From Acidilobaceae archaeon (GTDB taxonomy: Archaea > Thermoproteota > Thermoprotei_A > Sulfolobales > Acidilobaceae): 63,599 bases of DNA. This document shows, one piece after another, positions 58,606 through 63,599 of the stretch. Position numbers and translations under genes: made by a program. The DNA lies in the NCBI GenBank assembly GCA_026986415.1, contig JALSOR010000005.1, positions 1 to 63,599 of the forward strand, read 5' to 3'. Numbering within the stretch: position 1 is the first letter of the stretch; the number at the start of each line of letters is the position of its first letter. Under the pieces are notes generated by a model. It did not search any database. It saw nothing but the letters and a program-made list of their open reading frames with translations, and had not been told where the DNA came from.

Positions 58606-58806
58606 CTATCGCCGCGGGAGCCTATGAGTTTTGGAGACAGTATTTCTCGCGTGAGCGACTAGATGGTATAGTAGATCCTCTTCCGTGAAAAATATTGCTT
58701 CCCCGCATATGGGGCATACTAGGAATGATTTCTTGGTTCGTTTGGCTTTAACAATAGAACCGCAACAGTCGACAATTATCTCTAAACCTTCAAACACGTC
58801 TCTCAT
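58606..58806 (-). CDS. Small zinc-ribbon/C2H2-like protein
   Basis: 66 aa with DCCGS...CPICGEAIFFTEEDLLYHLVAH. Confidence 0.4.
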   Translation of the reverse strand: MRDVFEGLEIIVDCCGSIVKAKRTKKSFLVCPICGEAIFFTEEDLLYHLVAHARNTVSKTHRLPRR

Positions 58807-58925
58807 ATGAGGGACACCAATCTGTATTATTTAACCCGGGAAGGGTAATAGTCTTACTATGGTTAGTGCTACTGCAGGCAGAGCAGCGGGCTGGAGGCAT
58901 ATTACCTCTAGGTGATGAGGACGCT

Positions 58926-60071
58926 ATGGAGGAAAAGTATGTTGGCAAGTGTAATAATGAGTTTTCAGATGTTCTAAGGAGAGCTTGTTTATATAAATTA
59001 ATGATAAATAATATTGAAGTTAATATGTATATATTATATCTTAAAAAATTAGATAATATATTTAATATTATTGATAATTATAGAAAGAAATCCGATTTTA
59101 TAATAATAGTTGTCGAAGATCAGCAGGATATTGATTATAATTTAGTTGAAGCGCTTAAACGTATGGGTGTAAAGGTTGTTACAGGCTCTGTGCCGGTAAG
59201 CTTCGGGGAGAAAGTAGGGCTCGGTTTTGTTAAACCCGTAGTTGGTAGCAAAATAGAAAAAATATTTAATAACATCAAAAATAATTTATATAATAATAAA
59301 CTCTTATTAATTAAAAATAAAAATATAAAATTTATTGACTGCGAATTAGTCTTTCTACCGTTAAGATGCTATAATATTTTAATTAACGAAAAATCAAGTA
59401 GACATGAAATTAGAGTCGAGCATGGCGAGCTATGCTTCGAACTTGCATCAGGATCGCTGGTATCATTCGATGAAGGCCTCAAAGTTGATAGCAGATTATC
59501 TGAGCTGGGAGATTTAGATGAGACCAGCCTGCTAGTGCTCGAGTTTCTTGGAAAGAAGGGTGAAGCTTCGTTCGAGGAAATAGCTGAAATTGTTGGGTCC
59601 GAGGAGAGGGCGGAGATCGCACTTCAGGTTTTAGGTGAGCATGGCCTAGTGGGGCAGCTCGGTTTTGAAACATTTATATTGAATAATATAAAAATAAATA
59701 ATAATAATAGAGTTTATAGCTTATTAGTGGAAAGAAAGTTGCTTGTTCCGGGGAATCCTAAAAAAATGGGCAAGCTACTAGAGCCTACAGTTTCGGTATC
59801 CAAGCTTGATAGAATAATATCTGTATATGGTAGAATAAAAAATAAATATATAATATATTATCCTATATATTTAGGATTATATTTTGACGAGGGAAAGAAT
59901 GAGGAAATAGTGGTTCTAGTAGACGGTGTTTCGGGAGTTAGAAACGAGGAACTTGAAGACATAGTTGCTAGCAGCGATATGATACTCCAAATAGATGAAA
60001 TAGTCGAGTATTTAGTCAACAATGACGGTGGATGCGAGCGGGTTAAGAGAATGCGTGTAGATGACGCATAA
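58926..60071 (+). CDS. Hypothetical protein with central wHTH-like segment and several AT-rich-encoded N/K/I insertions
   Basis: LVLEFLGKKGEASFEEIAEIVGSEERAEIALQVLGEHGLV. It is flanked by two similar beta-rich modules (VFLPLRCYNILI..., IIYYPIYLGLYFDEGKNEEIVVLVDGVSG). Confidence 0.45.
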   Translation: MEEKYVGKCNNEFSDVLRRACLYKLMINNIEVNMYILYLKKLDNIFNIIDNYRKKSDFIIIVVEDQQDIDYNLVEALKRMGVKVVTGSVPVSFGEKVGLGFVKPVVGSKIEKIFNNIKNNLYNNKLLLIKNKNIKFIDCELVFLPLRCYNILINEKSSRHEIRVEHGELCFELASGSLVSFDEGLKVDSRLSELGDLDETSLLVLEFLGKKGEASFEEIAEIVGSEERAEIALQVLGEHGLVGQLGFETFILNNIKINNNNRVYSLLVERKLLVPGNPKKMGKLLEPTVSVSKLDRIISVYGRIKNKYIIYYPIYLGLYFDEGKNEEIVVLVDGVSGVRNEELEDIVASSDMILQIDEIVEYLVNNDGGCERVKRMRVDDA

Positions 60072-60120
60072 CCTGCTCACAAAGTATTTTAAATTCGAAT
60101 CTTACAAGTTTCCCAGTCGC

Positions 60121-60189
60121 GGCGATGATGGGCCCCTAGCCATTGAGGCCCAGTTGGGCCTATGAACGTTGTCGAGCCGGTCCTGAGCC
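60121..60189 (+). ncRNA. Candidate C/D-box sRNA
   Basis: 69 nt. GGC/GCC terminal pairs; C-box-like AUGAUGG (60125-31); D'-like UUGA (60143-46); internal hairpin GGCCC-AGUU-GGGCC; C'-like AUGAACG (60162-68); D box CUGA (60183-86). The AT-rich TATTTTAAAT lies 25-35 nt upstream. Confidence 0.35.
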
Positions 60190-60210
60190 TTAACTATTCC
60201 TACATTATTC

Positions 60211-60226
60211 TAAAATATATAATAAG
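60211..60226 (+). promoter_or_regulatory. TATA-like element upstream of the structured element
   Basis: TAAAATATATAATAAG ends about 10-25 nt before the first base of the GC-rich helix at 60237. Confidence 0.3.
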
Positions 60227-60236
60227 ATAAGAATAA

Positions 60237-60334
60237 CTGGGAGGTGTGCCCCGCCTCACCGTTCCGCCGTCATCTTCATGCCCGGATACGTGTTTCCGGG
60301 TCTCGGCGGACGTGAGACCGGCGGGGCTCCCCAG
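60237..60334. ncRNA. Strongly structured GC-rich element (candidate ncRNA; H/ACA-like features if read on the minus strand)
   Basis: Nested helices CTGGGAG/CTCCCCAG, CCCCGCC/GGCGGGG, CCGCCG/CGGCGG and CCCGGA/TCCGGG sit in an otherwise AT-rich 364-bp spacer. A T5 run follows at 60358 on the plus strand. Confidence 0.4.
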
Positions 60335-60435
60335 AATAGTATATGACAGGATGACGGCTTTTTACCCTTTCAAGATTAAAACTGTTCAACCGGGAGATGC
60401 GGGTTAAACCCTAAGGTCTGAACAGCATCGCTGGC

Positions 60436-61086
60436 ATGTATGGTGAGATAAGATTGGATGATGGGAGCTTGAACTATGCATATCTAGCACTGTCTGCCAT
60501 GGAGGATATTGCGAGCTTTATAAAGAAGGCCTCGAAGGAAATAGACCCGGAGCAGGTTGCTAGATTCCTCGATGCTCTCGTTGAAGTATATCAGGATAGT
60601 GGGAGGAGAAAGGTTCTAGTTATGGGAGCCGGTAGGAGCGGTCTCGTGGGAAGAGCGTTTGCAATGAGACTACTCCACATGGGCTATAGTGCGTACGTGC
60701 TAGGGGATACAATAGTTCCGAGCGTCAGGAAAGGAGACCTGGTAGTGGCGATATCCGGGTCGGGGAGGACTAAGCTTATAGTGACCGCCGCTGAAACCGC
60801 CAAGCAAGTGGGGGCAACGGTTGTAGCGGTAACAACCTTCCCTGACAGTCCGCTAGGTAAGCTGGCAGATATAGTGGTTAGGGTTCCCGGCAGGACTAAG
60901 AGCGAAAAAATGCCGGACTATTTCGCGAGACAGATACTTGGTATACATGAGCCGTTCGCACCCCTCGGAACATTATTTGAGGATACGGCCATGGTCTTCC
61001 TCGACGGAATAATATACAGTCTAATGAACATTCTCGGCGTCTCAGAAGACGCTATGAGGGAGAGGCACGCCAACATTGAGCTCTAA
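60436..61086 (+). CDS. phi: 6-phospho-3-hexuloisomerase (SIS domain, PHI)
   Basis: [33 protein letters not shown] and [16 protein letters not shown] motifs. 216 aa. Confidence 0.8.
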   Translation: MYGEIRLDDGSLNYAYLALSAMEDIASFIKKASKEIDPEQVARFLDALVEVYQDSGRRKVLVMGAGRSGLVGRAFAMRLLHMGYSAYVLGDTIVPSVRKGDLVVAISGSGRTKLIVTAAETAKQVGATVVAVTTFPDSPLGKLADIVVRVPGRTKSEKMPDYFARQILGIHEPFAPLGTLFEDTAMVFLDGIIYSLMNILGVSEDAMRERHANIEL

Positions 61087-61172
61087 CCATCCTAAAAGGA
61101 GAAGCACGGGGAGCCAAGTTCTCCGCCCCTTTCGACCCTTGGAACAGCCCGTTATGCACATGTCCTTTCAAG

Positions 61173-62033
61173 TTGAGCCTAAACCCGTATACGGGGTGCA
61201 GTTTTAAGTGTCTATACTGTTATGCCACAGCCTACATAGGGCTCAGGGACAGCAGTCCGAAAAAACAGTTTATCGCGAGGCTTGCCAGGGATCTGAGAAG
61301 ATATGACAAAAGAATCCCGATAAACATTGGGACCAGCAGCGACCCCTACCCCCCGGAGGAGGCGTACTACGGTCTCACACGGGCGGCGCTTAAACTATTG
61401 GTAGCCGAAAATAGGAAGGTACTAGTGACAACTAAGGGAACGCTCTACGCCAAGCGGGATCTCGATTTAATGGTTAAAGGCCACGTAGCTATAACCCCCA
61501 CAATCACAACCCTAGACCCCTCTATCTCACTGTATGTGGAGCCTGGAGCGCCAACCCCGGTCTCACGCTTGAACGCTCTTCGCACCGCCACTAGAGCTGG
61601 CGTGCCCGCCGGTGTGCGGGTCGACCCCATTATTCCGTATCTAAACGATGACCCATACATGATTGAGGATCTCATAGGCTCGATTGCAGAGGCCGGCGCG
61701 GTTTTCGTGGTAACAAGCACGTATAAGGCGAGACCGGATAGCTTGAAAAGGCTAGTCTCAGCTTTTGGAGGTCTGGGAGAGAGGATCCGGAAGCTCTATA
61801 GCGAGCAGGGGGTTAAGGTTAACGGGTACATCTATCTCCGAAAGAGCCTCCGCGAGAAACTGCTGGGCCCGGTAATAGATGCCGCCCGTCGAGCTGGGAT
61901 GGAGTATGCTGTTTGCAGGGAGGGGTTAACGGGCAAGCTATGGTTTAATGCTGGTAGCTGTGATGGGACCCATCTCATACCCGGCCCGGGTGATAGGAGG
62001 GATGAGGGGTTGCGTCGATGGCTGCATAGTTGA
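61173..62033 (+). CDS. Radical SAM protein (COG1533 / SplB-like family)
   Basis: NPYTGCSFKCLYCYA cluster motif right after the first canonical start (TTG 61173). The frame is open upstream from 61080 (see findings). Confidence 0.75.
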   Translation: MSLNPYTGCSFKCLYCYATAYIGLRDSSPKKQFIARLARDLRRYDKRIPINIGTSSDPYPPEEAYYGLTRAALKLLVAENRKVLVTTKGTLYAKRDLDLMVKGHVAITPTITTLDPSISLYVEPGAPTPVSRLNALRTATRAGVPAGVRVDPIIPYLNDDPYMIEDLIGSIAEAGAVFVVTSTYKARPDSLKRLVSAFGGLGERIRKLYSEQGVKVNGYIYLRKSLREKLLGPVIDAARRAGMEYAVCREGLTGKLWFNAGSCDGTHLIPGPGDRRDEGLRRWLHS

Positions 62034-62913
62034 GTCTTCAGTAAACGGTGCTACAGGCCTATTCCTGGTCAAAGGGTACTTGCACCCTATTGAGGGTTAT
62101 ATTGCCGTTCCGTATGGGCGTGGACCGTTATGTTTTGGAGGTGGCGGGCATTGGGAGGGTTGGCGTTTTATACCATGCATCTCAAGATACGCATTTATAT
62201 TAAAAATAAATAATATAATAAAATATTTTGATCCATGGAGGGTTTATGCCCTAAGAAGCAAAGACCTCCCAGAACAAATACGGAGGTTTATAGAGATTCT
62301 CGGCCCAAACAAGGCAGGCCTTACAGGTTCCTGGGCGATCGGATGTGAGACCCCCGAGGAAAGCGACGTCGACATAATCCTGTACGGTAATCCAGTCAAT
62401 ATAAAGAAAAAATTATTATATTTATTTAAAAAAGGTTTAATAAAACAATGTAATATTGATAGGATAATAAGCAAACGAAAAGAGAGAACCGATATAGGGA
62501 TCGACGAATTACACATAGCGGGAAGCCTCACAGAATCCTGCTTCAACGGGACAAGCTATACTCTTAGGATAATAACAAGAACCGCGCCCCTACCGTGCGA
62601 GCAAACACAGCCATTACAGTGGAGCATGGGAAGGGTGGAGATAAGGGGATATCTTACCACGCAAAGCTATGCTTCCGATATTACTGTTCCCGCCCGCTAC
62701 AGGATAGAGCCTCTTGACCATAGCGTTAGAAATACTATAATTATCCTGGAAACGTGGAGGACCAGGTACCAGTCATTGAAGCCTGGAGAGTACATTATTA
62801 GAGGAGATGCTTTTCTCGCTAGGAATGGCAGCTTGACAATAGTCTCGCCCGATATTAATGGGTGCATCTGTAGGACGTCGTGGGAGAATGGAAATGGATA
62901 CGAGCTTATGTAA
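62002..62913 (+). CDS. Pol-beta-superfamily nucleotidyltransferase-like protein with C-terminal OB-like barrel, paralogue 1
   Basis: GLTGSWAIGCETPEESDVDIILYG (GS...DxD NTase motif). The C-terminus RVEIRGYL...PARYRIE...GEYIIRGDAF is OB-like. ATG 62002 follows GGAGG and aligns with the paralogue-2 N-terminus. It overlaps the radical SAM gene by 32 nt. Confidence 0.6.
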   Translation: MRGCVDGCIVESSVNGATGLFLVKGYLHPIEGYIAVPYGRGPLCFGGGGHWEGWRFIPCISRYAFILKINNIIKYFDPWRVYALRSKDLPEQIRRFIEILGPNKAGLTGSWAIGCETPEESDVDIILYGNPVNIKKKLLYLFKKGLIKQCNIDRIISKRKERTDIGIDELHIAGSLTESCFNGTSYTLRIITRTAPLPCEQTQPLQWSMGRVEIRGYLTTQSYASDITVPARYRIEPLDHSVRNTIIILETWRTRYQSLKPGEYIIRGDAFLARNGSLTIVSPDINGCICRTSWENGNGYELM

Positions 62914-62926
62914 GTATGGGGCCCTA

Positions 62927-63599
62927 ATGCTCACTAGAGATCTAGTTGTAGTTGAAAGCCTTGGACTACCTTTTATTGACGACTACTGTATTGTTATGCC
63001 AAAATATGTGTATCATAGCTCTGGCGGGCCTTGGGTTCATCGGCATTCCAACCTTAGATTTAGAAGGATAATCAGTGGTTACGGCCCGAAAGGTCTTAGT
63101 AGGGCTGTAGAATTGTCTAGAATTAGAAAAATTAATGATAATTTATATAATTATAATATTCCAATTATAAATTATAATGATATAATATTATATATTGATC
63201 CTCGTGAAGCACTATTAGATATCGTGAACTCTCCAGAAACGCCCTATGAAGTATATGCTGCACTAGCCATCGAAGCAATTGTCAGAGTAGCCAATATACG
63301 TTCTGGCGAGATAGGGCTTACAGGGTCCTACGCGGGCCGGTATTACCATGAAAACTCGGATATAGATCTTGTAGCTTACGGTTATGAAGTAAAAAAATTA
63401 TATAATATTTTTCATAAAATAGATAATAATATAATACCGTATACTGTAGGAAAAGAGTTCCTTGGAGGAATAACGGTCACACCGCCAATAGACCTCTCAT
63501 GGCGGCGGGGACAAGTCCGTATTGGTAGCAGAACAATCGGTATCACATGGATAGGCGCGCCCGAGGAGCCCGGCAGTCATTGTCCTCCCATAAGAAATT
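62927..63599 (+). CDS. Pol-beta-superfamily nucleotidyltransferase-like protein, paralogue 2, 3' end beyond the window edge
   Basis: The open frame runs off the right edge, so it is not in the ORF track. It reads MLTRDLVVVES...IGLTGSYAGRYYHENSDIDLVAYG...RRGQVRIGSRTIGITW. Confidence 0.6.
   Translation, partial: MLTRDLVVVESLGLPFIDDYCIVMPKYVYHSSGGPWVHRHSNLRFRRIISGYGPKGLSRAVELSRIRKINDNLYNYNIPIINYNDIILYIDPREALLDIVNSPETPYEVYAALAIEAIVRVANIRSGEIGLTGSYAGRYYHENSDIDLVAYGYEVKKLYNIFHKIDNNIIPYTVGKEFLGGITVTPPIDLSWRRGQVRIGSRTIGITWIGAPEEPGSHCPPIRN

Overview
The window reads as core chromosome of a hyperthermophilic crenarchaeon (Thermoprotei, Desulfurococcales-like), judged from gene content: two-subunit 2-oxoacid:ferredoxin oxidoreductase, thermosome, PAN, aRF1, AglB, TFE, MBF1, L14e/L34e/S17e, archaeal-type Adk and Cmk, and GGAGGTG-type Shine-Dalgarno motifs. 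I can support about 75 protein-coding genes, densely packed on both strands. They include a partial iorA at the left edge and a partial nucleotidyltransferase-like gene at the right edge, neither of which is in the ORF track. There is one tRNA-Leu(CAG), and three candidate small RNAs sit in the few long intergenic spacers. I saw no rRNA, CRISPR array, transposase or integrase. Most genes are housekeeping: the secY-adk-DUF106-L34e-cmk-L14e cluster, ppsA, hisS, serS, glyA, etfAB, argF, arcC and tgtA. The items most worth a second look are: (1) a radical-SAM gene overlapping two tandem paralogous Pol-beta-type nucleotidyltransferase/OB-like genes at 61.1-63.6 kb; (2) a MoaD/ThiS-like beta-grasp domain with an internal Gly-Gly fused to a purine phosphoribosyltransferase; (3) hflX and cmk, whose homology-expected N-termini start at an ATA codon overlapping the upstream stop (ATAA, ATAG), suggesting near-cognate re-initiation; (4) a strongly structured GC-rich element and two C/D-box-like candidates in intergenic DNA; (5) three winged-helix genes next to a 265-bp spacer with perfect palindromes, possibly WhiP/Cdt1-like and origin-associated; (6) a membrane-anchored HerA/VirB4-like ATPase (CedB-like); (7) an orphan C5-cytosine methyltransferase overlapping tfe; (8) recurrent in-frame AT-rich patches encoding N/I/K/Y-rich insertions in many unrelated genes. 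All family assignments come from motif recognition by eye. No database search was run.
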